From positions 12,788 to 42,204 of the forward strand of contig CAYZYE010000011.1 of NCBI GenBank assembly GCA_964481205.1: DNA of 29,417 bases, in the 5' to 3' direction. Positions 1 through 9,024 of the stretch are shown here, piece after piece. The stretch is from an uncultured Anaerolineae bacterium. GTDB taxonomy: Bacteria > Chloroflexota > Anaerolineae > JAFGEY01. The notes below the pieces were generated by a model, which did no database searches, was not told where the DNA came from, and saw only the letters and a list, made by a program, of their open reading frames with translations. Numbering within the stretch: the stretch's first letter is position 1; every line of letters starts with the position of its first letter. A program made the position numbers and the translations under genes.

Positions 1-4
1 TGTG

Positions 5-28
5 GCGGCGGAATCCCTATTCCGCCGC
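5..28 (+). terminator. GC-rich hairpin (10-bp stem gcggcggaat/attccgccgc, loop ccct) at window edge. A T-run begins ~12 nt downstream. Possible terminator of an upstream gene outside the window.
   Basis: Inverted repeat read directly from the sequence. The T-tract is not immediately adjacent, so the terminator call is weak. Confidence 0.25.
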
Positions 29-49
29 TCCCCGTTTCACCTTATTTTT

Positions 50-78
50 TTGACTATTTGCCTGTGTTGTGTTACCAT
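50..78 (+). promoter_or_regulatory. Candidate sigma70-like promoter TTGACT-N17-TACCAT, ~100 nt upstream of the oxidoreductase gene
   Basis: Hexamers and spacing read by eye. The -10 is imperfect. Confidence 0.2.
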
Positions 79-177
79 AAAGCCGCTGTCGCCCGGCGCG
101 TCGCGGCCTCCATGGCTGGCGAGGGCATTGACGAGTTTTTGCAACGGAATCGGATCATTTTGACAAAGGAGTGAAAA

Positions 178-1362
178 ATGGTGATTGCAGGATCGGATCA
201 AACGGCCCGTTTCGAGCGCAAACTCAAAATGGGCATGGTCGGTGGTGGGCGCGACGCCTTTATCGGCGCGGTACACCGCGCGGCGGCGCTGATGGACGGC
301 AACGTCGAGTTTGTCGCCGGGGCGCTCTCTTCCACGCCGGAAAAGGCCATCGCCTCAGGACGAGACCTCTATTTGCCGGACGAGCGCAATTACGGCGATT
401 GGCAAGAGATGCTCGACCGGGAGAGCAAACGTCCGCCCGGCGAACGGATCGATTTTGTGTCCATCGTCACCCCCAACTGCGTCCACTATCCCGTCGCCAA
501 AGCGTTTGTCGACGCCGGGATCAATGTCGTCATCGACAAGCCGCTGGTGATGAACTCGGAGCAGGCCGGCCGTTTGATCGAGGCCGTCGACAAATCGGGC
601 GTGGTCTTGGCCGTGACCTATTCCTACACCGGCTATCCGATGGTGATGCAGGCCCGCCAGATGGTGCGCGAGGGAAAAATCGGCGAGGTGCGCAAAGTGA
701 TCGTCGAGTACCCGCAGGGCTGGCTGATCGGCTTGCTGGAAGAGACGGGACAAAAGCAGGCCACCTGGCGCACCGACCCCCGGCAGGCCGGCATCGGCGG
801 GGCGATCGGCGACATTGGTTCGCACGCCGAAAACCTGGTCAGCACCATCACCGGGCTGGAAATCGCCGAGCTGTGCGCCGACCTGACCATCTTTGTCCCC
901 GGCCGCAAACTCGACGACGACGCCAATGTGCTGCTGCACTATACCAACGGCGCGCGCGGCATCCTCTTTGCCTCGCAAATTTGCACCGGCCAGGAGAACA
1001 ACCTCAACATCCGTGTCTTTGGCACGCAAGGCGCGCTGGCCTGGGTGCAAGAAAACCCCAACTATCTCTATTATACCCCCGCCGACGGGCCGGTGCAGAT
1101 ACTCTCTCGCGGCAACGGCTACCTCTGCGCGGCTGCGCAGCGCGCCACGCGCACGCCAACCGGTCACCCGGAAGCGTACATTGAGGCTTTTGCCAACATT
1201 TACCGCAACGTCGGCGACACGATCCGCGCCAGATTGATGGGCGTCGATCCCGACCCGCTGGCGCTCGATTTCCCCACCGTGTACGACGGCGCGCGCGGGA
1301 TCAAATTCATCGAAAAAGTGGTCGAGAGCAGCAAGAGCGACCGGAAATGGACCACATTCTAA
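178..1362 (+). CDS. Gfo/Idh/MocA family NAD(P)-dependent oxidoreductase (sugar/inositol dehydrogenase-like)
   Basis: 394-aa ORF. N-terminal Rossmann motif [14 protein letters not shown] and the C-terminal alpha/beta domain are typical of the family. AAGGAG lies 6 nt upstream of the ATG at 178. GC3-rich codon usage. Confidence 0.9.
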   Translation: MVIAGSDQTARFERKLKMGMVGGGRDAFIGAVHRAAALMDGNVEFVAGALSSTPEKAIASGRDLYLPDERNYGDWQEMLDRESKRPPGERIDFVSIVTPNCVHYPVAKAFVDAGINVVIDKPLVMNSEQAGRLIEAVDKSGVVLAVTYSYTGYPMVMQARQMVREGKIGEVRKVIVEYPQGWLIGLLEETGQKQATWRTDPRQAGIGGAIGDIGSHAENLVSTITGLEIAELCADLTIFVPGRKLDDDANVLLHYTNGARGILFASQICTGQENNLNIRVFGTQGALAWVQENPNYLYYTPADGPVQILSRGNGYLCAAAQRATRTPTGHPEAYIEAFANIYRNVGDTIRARLMGVDPDPLALDFPTVYDGARGIKFIEKVVESSKSDRKWTTF

Positions 1363-1395
1363 AAACAGCCAGATCAACAACCAACTGGGAGGAAT

Positions 1396-2391
1396 ATGAT
1401 GGCACGACCTGTCACACTTTTTACCGGCCAGTGGGCCGACCTGCCCCTGGAAACATTGGCCGAAAAGGCCAAATCTTTTGGCTACGACGGCCTCGAGCTG
1501 GCTTGCTGGGGCGATCATTTTGAGGTTGACAAGGCCGAGGCCGATCCGGCCGGCTATGCCGCCGGTCGCAAGGCGATTCTATCCAAATTCGGCCTCGGCG
1601 TGTGGGCGATCAGCACCCACCTCGCCGGACAGCTGGTTTGCGACGTCAACGATTTCCGCACCGACGGATTTGCGCCGGCCGGGCTGGCCGGCCAGCCGGA
1701 GGAAAAACGCGCCTGGGCCGTCGAGCAGGTCAAGCGCGCCGCGCGCGCGGCCAAGGCCTTGGGTGTGAGCGTCGTCAACGGCTTTACCGGATCAAGCATC
1801 TGGCATCTGCTCTACGCCTTCCCGCCCTATGATTTCAGCGTCATCGACGAGGGGTTCCGGTATTTTGCCAAAATGTGGGGGCCAATCATGGATGAATTTC
1901 AGGCCAACGGCGTCAAGTTTGGTCTCGAAGTACACCCCACCGAGATCGCCTTTGACATCGTCACCGCCCGGCGCGCCCTCGAAGCGATCGAGCACCATCC
2001 CGCGTTCGGTTTCAATTTCGATCCCAGCCACCTGTTGTGGCAGGGCGTCGACCCGGTCAAGTTTATTCGCGCCTTCCCCGACCGCATTTTCCACGTCCAC
2101 ATGAAAGACGCCTCGGTACACCTCGACGGCGAGAGCGGCATCCTGGCTTCGCATCTGCCCTTTGGCGATCATCGCCGTGGCTGGGATTTCCGCTCCCTGG
2201 GCCACGGGCAGGTTGATTTCGACGGCATCATCCGCGCCCTCAACGACATTGGCTATGACGGCCCACTGTCGGTCGAGTGGGAAGATTCGGGGATGGAGCG
2301 CGAGTTCGGGGCGCAAGAGGCCTGCGCATTCGTCAAAAAAGTCGATTTTGCGCCGTCCAACGTCGCCTTTGACGCCGCGTTCGACGAATAG
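1396..2391 (+). CDS. Sugar phosphate isomerase/epimerase (xylose-isomerase-like TIM barrel) family protein
   Basis: 331-aa ORF with the typical N-terminus (LPLETLAEKAKSFGYDGLEL) and conserved His/Glu/Asp metal ligands. GGAGG RBS upstream of the ATG. Confidence 0.88.
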   Translation: MMARPVTLFTGQWADLPLETLAEKAKSFGYDGLELACWGDHFEVDKAEADPAGYAAGRKAILSKFGLGVWAISTHLAGQLVCDVNDFRTDGFAPAGLAGQPEEKRAWAVEQVKRAARAAKALGVSVVNGFTGSSIWHLLYAFPPYDFSVIDEGFRYFAKMWGPIMDEFQANGVKFGLEVHPTEIAFDIVTARRALEAIEHHPAFGFNFDPSHLLWQGVDPVKFIRAFPDRIFHVHMKDASVHLDGESGILASHLPFGDHRRGWDFRSLGHGQVDFDGIIRALNDIGYDGPLSVEWEDSGMEREFGAQEACAFVKKVDFAPSNVAFDAAFDE

Positions 2392-2465
2392 AATTGTTTA
2401 CCGGACTTGCCGGTCGATAATGATGACGCTCACGGTTGGGTCAAGGATAATGTAGGGAGAAAAGC

Positions 2466-2675
2466 ATGTCGGGGAAAAAAGGCAAATACACCACGATCAG
2501 CATTCCGCGCGAGTTGTACGAACGTGTTTCGGACCTGATCCGGGACACCGGCTTTCGCAGCCCCACCGAATACATTGTCTACTTGACACGGCAGGCCGTG
2601 ATCGCCATCGAAACCGATCGCAACCTGATCCACTCGCTGCCTTATGCGGTTGGAATCGCGGATGATGACGGGTAA
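2466..2675 (+). CDS. Small ribbon-helix-helix (CopG/Arc/MetJ-like) putative DNA-binding protein
   Basis: 69-aa ORF with GGGAGA 6 nt upstream. N-terminal beta-strand then helix pattern (TISIPRELYERVSDLIRDTGFRSPTEYIVYLTRQAV) is typical of RHH proteins. Native codon usage. Its 3' end overlaps the start of the next gene. Confidence 0.5.
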   Translation: MSGKKGKYTTISIPRELYERVSDLIRDTGFRSPTEYIVYLTRQAVIAIETDRNLIHSLPYAVGIADDDG

Positions 2676-4479
2676 GAGACGGGTACTCGTCGTCGGCGCC
2701 GACGGTGCCGACCCCAAGATCGTTGCGCGGATGATGCGAGAGGGACAATTACCCCACTTGGACGCCCTGCGCCGCCGGGGCGCGTGGGGGGCGCTGCAAA
2801 CGACATTCCCGCCCGTGTCGCCCGTCGCGTGGATGACCTGCCTGAGCGGCGTCCCGCCGCGCCAGCATGGCATTCATGACTTTATCACCAGGGCGGCAGA
2901 TTCGTATCTACCCACCATTGCCTTGTTCAACGTCCATGGCGGGGGCGGGCGCATCCCCACCTACACCAGTCGCCGCACCGCGCCGACGCTGGCCGAAATG
3001 CTCGCCGACGCGGGCAAAACCGCCTACATTCTCCAGGCGCCGGGCACGTTTCCGCCGATGCCCGTCGCCATAGGCGGCGTACTCGCCGGGTTTGGCATGC
3101 CCGATCTGTTGGGCACTTTTGGCGTTTCGGCCTGGTATACCACCGACGCCGGGAGCAAAAAGGACGCTGCGCCGGAGGGACGCGCCCTGGTGCAGCCGCT
3201 CGAACCGGTGGGCGGCGAGGTGTGGAGTGGGCGGATTCAAGGGCCGGGGCAAACGAGCCAAACCTTTGTTTTGCATCGTGTGGGCAGCGAGGCCGTGATC
3301 GAACTGGCCGCCGGCGGATCGTCGGCGGTTCGCCTGACCGTCGGGGCGTGGAGCAATTGGCTACGCCCGACTTTTGATTTGCCCGGCATAGGATCGATCC
3401 CCGGTCTGTGCAAATTCAAACTCGTCGCCCTGGACCGGCCCGTCGAACTGTACCGCACCCCGCTCTACTGTGCGCCGGATCGACCACTGTACCCGCTCAC
3501 CGAGCCGCCCGAATTTGGCGCCTGGCTGCAAAAACTGGTCGGCCCGTTTGCCGCCACCGGCATGCCCGCCGACCTCGACGGCGTGCGGCGCGGCGTGGTC
3601 GATCTGGACACCTTTTTGCAAGACGCCTACGCCAATTGGTCGCAGCAGGTGACGATGGCGCTGCGGTTGATGGCCGAAACGGATTGGGACTTGATCTTTA
3701 CCCATCTGTTCACCATCGACAACGTGCAGCACCTCTTTTGGCACGCCCAAGACCCCAGGCACCCGGCCCACACCGCTCAGGTGCAAGAGCGGTACGGCGG
3801 CGAGATCGAACGCGCTTATCGTTGGATCGACGCGCAGTTGGGGCGGTTGGTGGCGCAAACGGACGAAAACACTGCCGTTCTTGTCGTCAGCGATCATGGC
3901 GGCGCGCCGATCTATAGATTGGTGTATGTCAACGCCTGGTTGCGCGCGCAAGGCTATTTGGAACCGCGTGAGCCGGACGTCGCCGGGCAGGCGATCAAAC
4001 TGGACTGGGATCGCACCCAGGCGGCGATGTTTGGCAGCGGCAGCATTTGGCTCAACGTGCAGGGGCGCGACCCGCGCGGCGTGACGCCGCCCGGCGCCTA
4101 TGACGCGCTGCGGCAAGAAATTGCGCAAAGATTGCTCGACTGGCGCGACGAGGACAACGGACAGCCGGTGGTCAAGCAAGTTTTAAGCGGCGAAGCGGTG
4201 TTCGGCAAAGCAGCGCGTCAAACCGGCCCCGATCTGATCCCGGCGTTCCACCCCGGCTACGGGCTGGGGCGCGGCGAAGCGCTGGGGCGCGTGATGTGCG
4301 GCCGCCCCAGCGTCGCCCCCAACCTCAGCCGCTGGACGGGCGGGCACGAAGGCCCGTACCTGCCCGCCGATGTGCCCGGCTTGTATGTCTTGGGCGGGGC
4401 CGGCGTCGACCCGAAAGCTCTGAACAACGCCGCGCTTCAAGATGTCGCGCCGATGCTCATGCGCTTGTTGATCGAGTAG
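2662..4479 (+). CDS. Alkaline-phosphatase-superfamily protein (type I phosphodiesterase / nucleotide pyrophosphatase-like)
   Basis: Long ORF (track 2644..4479). N-terminal core VLVVGADGADP...TTFPPVSPVAWMTCLSGVPPRQHGI and later DHGG match the AlkP/NPP fold. The start at the ATG at 2662 (MMTGKRR, GGAA 6 nt upstream) is preferred over 2644, but the start is uncertain. Confidence 0.82.
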   Translation: MMTGKRRVLVVGADGADPKIVARMMREGQLPHLDALRRRGAWGALQTTFPPVSPVAWMTCLSGVPPRQHGIHDFITRAADSYLPTIALFNVHGGGGRIPTYTSRRTAPTLAEMLADAGKTAYILQAPGTFPPMPVAIGGVLAGFGMPDLLGTFGVSAWYTTDAGSKKDAAPEGRALVQPLEPVGGEVWSGRIQGPGQTSQTFVLHRVGSEAVIELAAGGSSAVRLTVGAWSNWLRPTFDLPGIGSIPGLCKFKLVALDRPVELYRTPLYCAPDRPLYPLTEPPEFGAWLQKLVGPFAATGMPADLDGVRRGVVDLDTFLQDAYANWSQQVTMALRLMAETDWDLIFTHLFTIDNVQHLFWHAQDPRHPAHTAQVQERYGGEIERAYRWIDAQLGRLVAQTDENTAVLVVSDHGGAPIYRLVYVNAWLRAQGYLEPREPDVAGQAIKLDWDRTQAAMFGSGSIWLNVQGRDPRGVTPPGAYDALRQEIAQRLLDWRDEDNGQPVVKQVLSGEAVFGKAARQTGPDLIPAFHPGYGLGRGEALGRVMCGRPSVAPNLSRWTGGHEGPYLPADVPGLYVLGGAGVDPKALNNAALQDVAPMLMRLLIE

Positions 4480-4501
4480 CCAGGATTGGTTCATTTTGCC
4501 C

Positions 4502-4525
4502 GGTTCGGATTGGTCAATCCGAACC
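4502..4525. promoter_or_regulatory. 24-bp palindrome GGTTCGGATTG-GT-CAATCCGAACC (core ATTGGTCAAT); putative operator
   Basis: Perfect 11-bp inverted arms around a GT centre, read from the sequence. The same core recurs at 4563-4580 and as a half-site at 4484-4491. Confidence 0.4.
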
Positions 4526-4562
4526 ACATTTGGAGACACGGCGATGCCGCTACACCAGAGAC

Positions 4563-4580
4563 GGGGATTGGTCAATCCCC
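4563..4580. promoter_or_regulatory. Second copy of the palindromic operator-like motif GGGGATTG-GT-CAATCCCC
   Basis: Perfect 8-bp arms. Centre-to-centre spacing to the first copy is 58 bp. It lies 41 bp upstream of the esterase start. Confidence 0.4.
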
Positions 4581-4620
4581 TTGGAGCGGAATCCTCAAGT
4601 CCCTCAGAATGGAGGTTTAT

Positions 4621-5596
4621 TGTGCCGCTGACATTTGATTTCCCACTGAAAAAACTCGAAACCTATCGTGGGATCAACCCCCGCCCGGCAGATTTTGACG
4701 CTTTTTGGGACCAAAGCCTGGCCCAAATGCGCGCGCTCGATCCCCAGGTGTCGTTGACGCCGGCCGAGTTTCAGACGCCTTTTGCCGAATGTTTTGATCT
4801 GTATTTTACCGGCGTTGGCGGCGCGCGCGTCTATGCCAAACTGCTGCGCCCCAAAAACGTCTCGACGCCGCACCCGGCGGTGCTGCTGTTTCATGGCTAT
4901 ACCGGCAGTTCTGGCGATTGGACGGGCAAACTGGGCTATGTCGCCAACGGCTATACCGTCGCTGCCCTCGACTGCCGTGGACAGGGCGGGCGCTCGGAAG
5001 ACGCCGGCGGCGTCACCGGCAACACCCACCGTGGACACATTATTCGCGGCCTCGATGACGCGCTAAACGGCGACCCGCAAAAGCTGCTTTTTTGCCAAAT
5101 TTTTCTCGACACGGCTCAACTGGCCAAGATCGTGATCGACATGCCCGACGTCGACGCCGACCGCGTCGGCGCCACCGGCGGCAGCCAGGGCGGCGCGCTG
5201 ACCGTCGCTTGCGCTGCGCTGGAACCGCGCATCAAGCGCGTGGCCCCCACCTTTCCCTTTCTTAGCGATTACAAGCGCGTGTGGGAGATGGACCAGGCCA
5301 AGGCCGCCTATGAAGAACTGCGCGAGTATTTCCGCCATTTCGACCCGCTGCACGAGCGCGAACAAGCCATTTTTGAAACACTAGGATATGTTGATATTCA
5401 ACATCTTGCTTTACGCATCAAGGGGCAGGTTTTGTGGTCGATCGGCTTGATGGACACGATTTGCCCACCGTCATCCCAGTTTGCGGCCTATAACAAGATC
5501 GTCGCGCCAAAAAAGATGGACATTTACCCCGATTTTGGTCATGAAGGGTTGCCGGGCGTGTCCGACCGGATCTGGCAGTTTATGGCTGCGCTATAG
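4621..5596 (+). CDS. Acetyl-xylan esterase / cephalosporin-C deacetylase (CE7, AXE1 family)
   Basis: Family-typical N-terminus (PLTFDFPLKKLETYRGINPRPADFDAFW), the GxSQG nucleophile motif (GATGGSQGGAL) and a C-terminal His region. The track ORF begins at 4496, but a GTG at 4621 with GGAGG 7 nt upstream gives the canonical ~325-aa length. Confidence 0.85.
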
Positions 5597-5634
5597 CGTC
5601 CATATTTGTTCCAGTGCTCTGAAAGGAGAATCCA

Positions 5635-6078
5635 ATGCAAGAAACACCGGTTACGAGTTTGGCGGTTTGTGGCGGCGCCATTTTGTGCCTGGGGCTGATC
5701 GTCCTGGTCATCGTCGGCGGCGTTGTCTTTTTCCTGGCGCGCCGCAAGAAACAGCCGCTGCCGGCCGCGCGACCCGCATCTCCGGCGCGGCCGGCCCCGC
5801 CGCCCGGCAAACCCGATTTCCCGCTGGGCGACAACATTGTTACCGACGCCGACATCAAGACCATCGACGATCTGGAGCATTATTATCCCCTGCCGCCTGG
5901 ATTCGAGTACCGGGTTACGGCCGCAGGCGTGCCGCAGGTGGTCCGCTCGCGCGACGGCCATGTTTACAACCGGTTTGTGATCGAGGCGGACATGATGACC
6001 TTTGACGAGCCGTACACCAGGTCCGACGGCCGGATTGGCTACCAGACGACCGAGGTGATCAAGATCACGGCGCGCTAG
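5635..6078 (+). CDS. Hypothetical membrane-anchored protein (one N-terminal TM helix, Pro-rich linker, ~80-aa C-terminal domain)
   Basis: 147-aa ORF with AAAGGAG RBS. Hydrophobic N-terminal segment then APAPPPGKP linker. No family recognised. Confidence 0.7.
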   Translation: MQETPVTSLAVCGGAILCLGLIVLVIVGGVVFFLARRKKQPLPAARPASPARPAPPPGKPDFPLGDNIVTDADIKTIDDLEHYYPLPPGFEYRVTAAGVPQVVRSRDGHVYNRFVIEADMMTFDEPYTRSDGRIGYQTTEVIKITAR

Positions 6079-6084
6079 TCAGGG

Positions 6085-6204
6085 CTGTTCAATTCTACAA
6101 TCCAGCGGTTGAAACCGCGTCTGGCGAGCCGTTGGCTGGTCGTCCCCCTACGGCGACGAGGCCCCGCCAGCGGTGACCTTGGTCACAAATTAGAATTGAA
6201 CAGC
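6085..6204. repeat. 120-bp element bounded by perfect 14-bp inverted repeats (GCTGTTCAATTCTA / TAGAATTGAACAGC), with internal small palindromes. MITE-like or structured-RNA-like.
   Basis: Inverted repeats read directly; 16/17 match if extended. Internal GTGACC-TT-GGTCAC (6172-6185). The 12-bp palindrome CTGGCGCGCCAG (6206-6217) abuts it. The element lies in the 5' region of the sulfatase-like gene. Confidence 0.4.
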
Positions 6205-6251
6205 TCTGGCGCGCCAGTCGAGATCGGTTCAACCTTGATTTGGGGGAATGT

Positions 6252-7691
6252 ATGAAAAACATTGTTTTGCTTGTCACAGATACCTATCGCTTTGATAATT
6301 TGTTTGATCGCGCTGTGAGGCCGGTGCGCACCCCACAGTTGGATCGATTTGCCGCCGAGCGCGCCACCGAAATCACGCGCTTTTACACCGGCAGTTATCC
6401 CACCATCCCTCATCGCACCGACGTAGCCACCGGCGTGCTTGGCTGGCCGCATTACGGCTGGCAGCCGCTCGACGTCAGCGGGCCGAATCATATCGCCGCC
6501 CTGCTCCGGGCGCAGGGTTACGCCGCGCAGTTGATCTGCGACTGTCCGCATCTATTCAACAGCCGCTTCCAGTTTGGCTTTGACGCCGCGTTCCAGATTC
6601 GCGGTCAAGAGGGCGACAAGTTTTTGCTGCATCTCAACGATCCGATCGCCAACGTCCTCGCTGACGCCAAGACACGTCTGCGCCCTGCTTTTCGCGGGCG
6701 TCACCTCGCCGATTTGCATCGCTGGATGAATCGCTATCCCCAGTACGAAGAGGAAACCTTTCCCGCCAAAACCGGGCGCACGGCGATCCGCTGGCTGGAA
6801 GAAAATAGCCGCTTTGCGCCCTTTTTCCTGTGGGTCGATTTTTTCGATCCCCACGAGCCGTGGGACGCGCCCGAGTACCTTGTTCGCCGCTACGACCCCG
6901 ATTACGACGGCCCGCCAATGTTTCACCCCAATTACGGCCCGGCGTCGGCGTACACCGAGGCCGAGCTGCACAACTTGTGGGCGCACTATGCCGCCGAAGC
7001 CGAGTTGGTCGACCGCTGGCTGGGGCGCATCCTGCTCAAGATGGACGATCTGCAACTGTGGGACAATACAATCCTCGTCATCACCAGCGATCACGGCATC
7101 TCGATCGGCGAGCACGCGCGCACCGGCAAGTCAAACATCAACGACGCCGACGAACGTTACTGGCCGATCTATCCCGAAATCGGGCATGTGCCTTTCCTCG
7201 TCGCCGGCAGCAATGTACCGCGTGGGCAGACGCTCGACGTTTTCGCCCAGCCGGTGGACATTTTGCCCACTTTGTGCGAGCTGGCCGGGGTCGAGGTCGA
7301 GGCTCCAAAACAGATCGAGGGACGTTCTTTTGCCGAGATCGTCCGCCAGGGGCGGGGCCATCACCGCGATATGGCGATCAGCGGCTGCCACATCCGCGCG
7401 CCAGGGGGCGCGCTGCCGCGCAAGGCGTTGACGCCGTTCCTGACCACCGAAAAATGGGGTTATGCGCCGGTCGGCGCGCACGGCAAGCCTGAATTGTACG
7501 ATTTGACCGTCGATCCGCTGGCCGAGAACGACATCGCTGCCGGGCGCCCCGATTTGGTCCGAGAATTGCACTTGAAATTGGTGCAGCATCTGGCCGATCA
7601 CGGCGCGGCAGAGGCGTTTTTGGCCTTGTGGCAAAATGAAGCGGGGGAAAAATCGGGCGAGGGCAAATGGGCGATCGATTATGACAATTGA
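6252..7691 (+). CDS. Sulfatase-fold (alkaline-phosphatase superfamily, S1-like) protein with Thr at the formylglycine position
   Basis: Track ORF 6240..7691; the ATG at 6252 (MKNIVLLV) follows GGGGGA. Sulfatase signatures are present: N-terminal metal-binding VTDTYRFDN, the block TPQLDRFAAE...TGSYPTIPHRTDVATG aligned to the C/S-x-P-x-R-x4-TG motif with T replacing C/S, then WVDFFDPHEPW and VITSDHG. Confidence 0.85.
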   Translation: MKNIVLLVTDTYRFDNLFDRAVRPVRTPQLDRFAAERATEITRFYTGSYPTIPHRTDVATGVLGWPHYGWQPLDVSGPNHIAALLRAQGYAAQLICDCPHLFNSRFQFGFDAAFQIRGQEGDKFLLHLNDPIANVLADAKTRLRPAFRGRHLADLHRWMNRYPQYEEETFPAKTGRTAIRWLEENSRFAPFFLWVDFFDPHEPWDAPEYLVRRYDPDYDGPPMFHPNYGPASAYTEAELHNLWAHYAAEAELVDRWLGRILLKMDDLQLWDNTILVITSDHGISIGEHARTGKSNINDADERYWPIYPEIGHVPFLVAGSNVPRGQTLDVFAQPVDILPTLCELAGVEVEAPKQIEGRSFAEIVRQGRGHHRDMAISGCHIRAPGGALPRKALTPFLTTEKWGYAPVGAHGKPELYDLTVDPLAENDIAAGRPDLVRELHLKLVQHLADHGAAEAFLALWQNEAGEKSGEGKWAIDYDN

Positions 7692-7704
7692 ATTTGCCCG
7701 GCGT

Positions 7705-9024
7705 TCAACGTGATTTTTTTCGTCCGTGGCAGTTTTTGTATTTTTTGCCACTGCCGCATGGACAAGGGGCGTTGCGTGGCACGGCGGCGTACTGTTTGGC
7801 CGCCGCCTCGTCTTGTTGAGCCAGATAAAGCATAATGTTGGACGGCGGTCGCTGCATGCGCAACTCTCGCGCCATAAAGCGCATCGCCTCGTCGATGTGA
7901 TGGAAAAAGGCCTTGTACCCCGCGCACAAATGGCTGACTCTCGGCTCGCCCGGCGCAGGGTGAATGATCCGGTTTTTGGGACACGCGCCGTTGCAAACAA
8001 AGCGCACGTCGCAATCCAGGCATTGCTGCGGCAGGGCGTCGCGTTTGGCCAGACCAAAACGCCGCTGTTCCGGCGATCCGACCATCTCGGCGACCGTTTT
8101 TTCCATAATGTTGCCGCGCCGGTAGCGTGGTTCGACAAAGTGGTCGCAGGCATAGAGGTCGCCATTGTGTTCCAGCACCAGGGCCAGCCCGCACACCTGG
8201 TCAAAGACGCACAGGCCGGGACGCTGCCCCAGCCACGCGGCCAGCGCGACATCAAAGATTTGCACAAACATCGTTCCAACATCGTGGCGCACCCACTCGT
8301 CAAAGATGGCGATCAAAAACTCGCCATACTGTTGCCCCGTCACCGAGCGCGCGGTGAGCCGTTCGCCTTCTTGAAAGCCGGTGTCATTGTCCCGCTCGAC
8401 AATGGGGATGAATTGCACAAACCGCGTCTCGTTGCGTATAAAGCGGTACACCTCTAGCGGATGTTCGACGTTGGCGGCGTGGACGGTGGTCAGAATATTG
8501 TATTCGACGTTGTGTTTTTGCAACAGTCGCAGCCCGCGCATCACCCGCGCGTGCGTCGCTCCGCCCGCTTTGTCCCGGCGAAAGGCATCATGCTGCGCCG
8601 GCGGCCCGTCGATGCTGAGGCCGATCAAAAAATTGTGTTCGTGCAAAAACTGGCACCACTCGTCGGTAAGAGTGGTGCCGTTGGTTTGCAGCGCGTTGAC
8701 GATGCGCATACCCGGCCTGGCGTATTTTTCTTGCAGCGCAACAGCCTTGCGGAAAAAATCCAGGCCGCGCAGCGTCGGCTCGCCTCCCTGCCAGCCAAAA
8801 GTCACTTCGGGCGCGCGTTGGGCCTCGATGTACTGGCGGGTAAACGTTTCCAGCATCTCTTCCGTCATCCAAAACGGGTCATCCTCCTGATAGAGGTTTT
8901 CCTTGCTCAGGTAATAACAATATTGGCAATTCAGGTTGCAAATTGGCCCGCGCGGTTTGACCATAATGTGAAACGAGGGCGGGCAACTGGCGTGTGGATC
9001 GGACATTGGTATTTTGCTTTCCAT
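7705..9024 (-). CDS. Anaerobic sulfatase-maturating enzyme (radical SAM, SPASM domain) with C-terminal SEC-C zinc-binding motif
   Basis: N-terminal FHIMVKPRGPICNLNCQYCYY (CxxxCxxC radical-SAM cluster) and C-terminal Cys clusters (CDHF...CLDCDVRFVCNGACP) match anSME. The tail CPCGSGKKYKNCHG is a SEC-C motif. The track start at 9096 lacks an RBS; the ATG at 9024 (MESKIP) or 9006 is more likely. Confidence 0.85.
   Translation of the reverse strand: MESKIPMSDPHASCPPSFHIMVKPRGPICNLNCQYCYYLSKENLYQEDDPFWMTEEMLETFTRQYIEAQRAPEVTFGWQGGEPTLRGLDFFRKAVALQEKYARPGMRIVNALQTNGTTLTDEWCQFLHEHNFLIGLSIDGPPAQHDAFRRDKAGGATHARVMRGLRLLQKHNVEYNILTTVHAANVEHPLEVYRFIRNETRFVQFIPIVERDNDTGFQEGERLTARSVTGQQYGEFLIAIFDEWVRHDVGTMFVQIFDVALAAWLGQRPGLCVFDQVCGLALVLEHNGDLYACDHFVEPRYRRGNIMEKTVAEMVGSPEQRRFGLAKRDALPQQCLDCDVRFVCNGACPKNRIIHPAPGEPRVSHLCAGYKAFFHHIDEAMRFMARELRMQRPPSNIMLYLAQQDEAAAKQYAAVPRNAPCPCGSGKKYKNCHGRKKSR

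Noticed and set aside
355-1518. 387-aa ORF antisense to the Gfo/Idh/MocA gene. The same pattern applies to 3361..4179, 7131..8303, 7726..8457, 9176..9997, 10097..10969, 11164..12051, 12171..12854, 12935..13978, 14358..15074, 15521..15946, 21673..22476, 21789..23042, 22726..23577, 23653..24381, 26030..26911, 27044..27922 and 27891..28772.
   Set aside because: These are long stop-free antisense or frame-shifted ORFs, expected by chance in 65%-GC DNA. They are Arg/Ala/Pro-rich and low-complexity, lack RBSs, and each overlaps a gene with clear family signatures on the other strand or frame.
7717-7755. GGCAGT...ACTGCC hairpin with a T-rich loop between the convergent sulfatase-like and maturase genes; possible bidirectional terminator
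   Set aside because: It lies inside the maturase coding sequence, where it encodes the C-terminal SEC-C motif KKYKNCHGRKK. The stem is only 6 bp.
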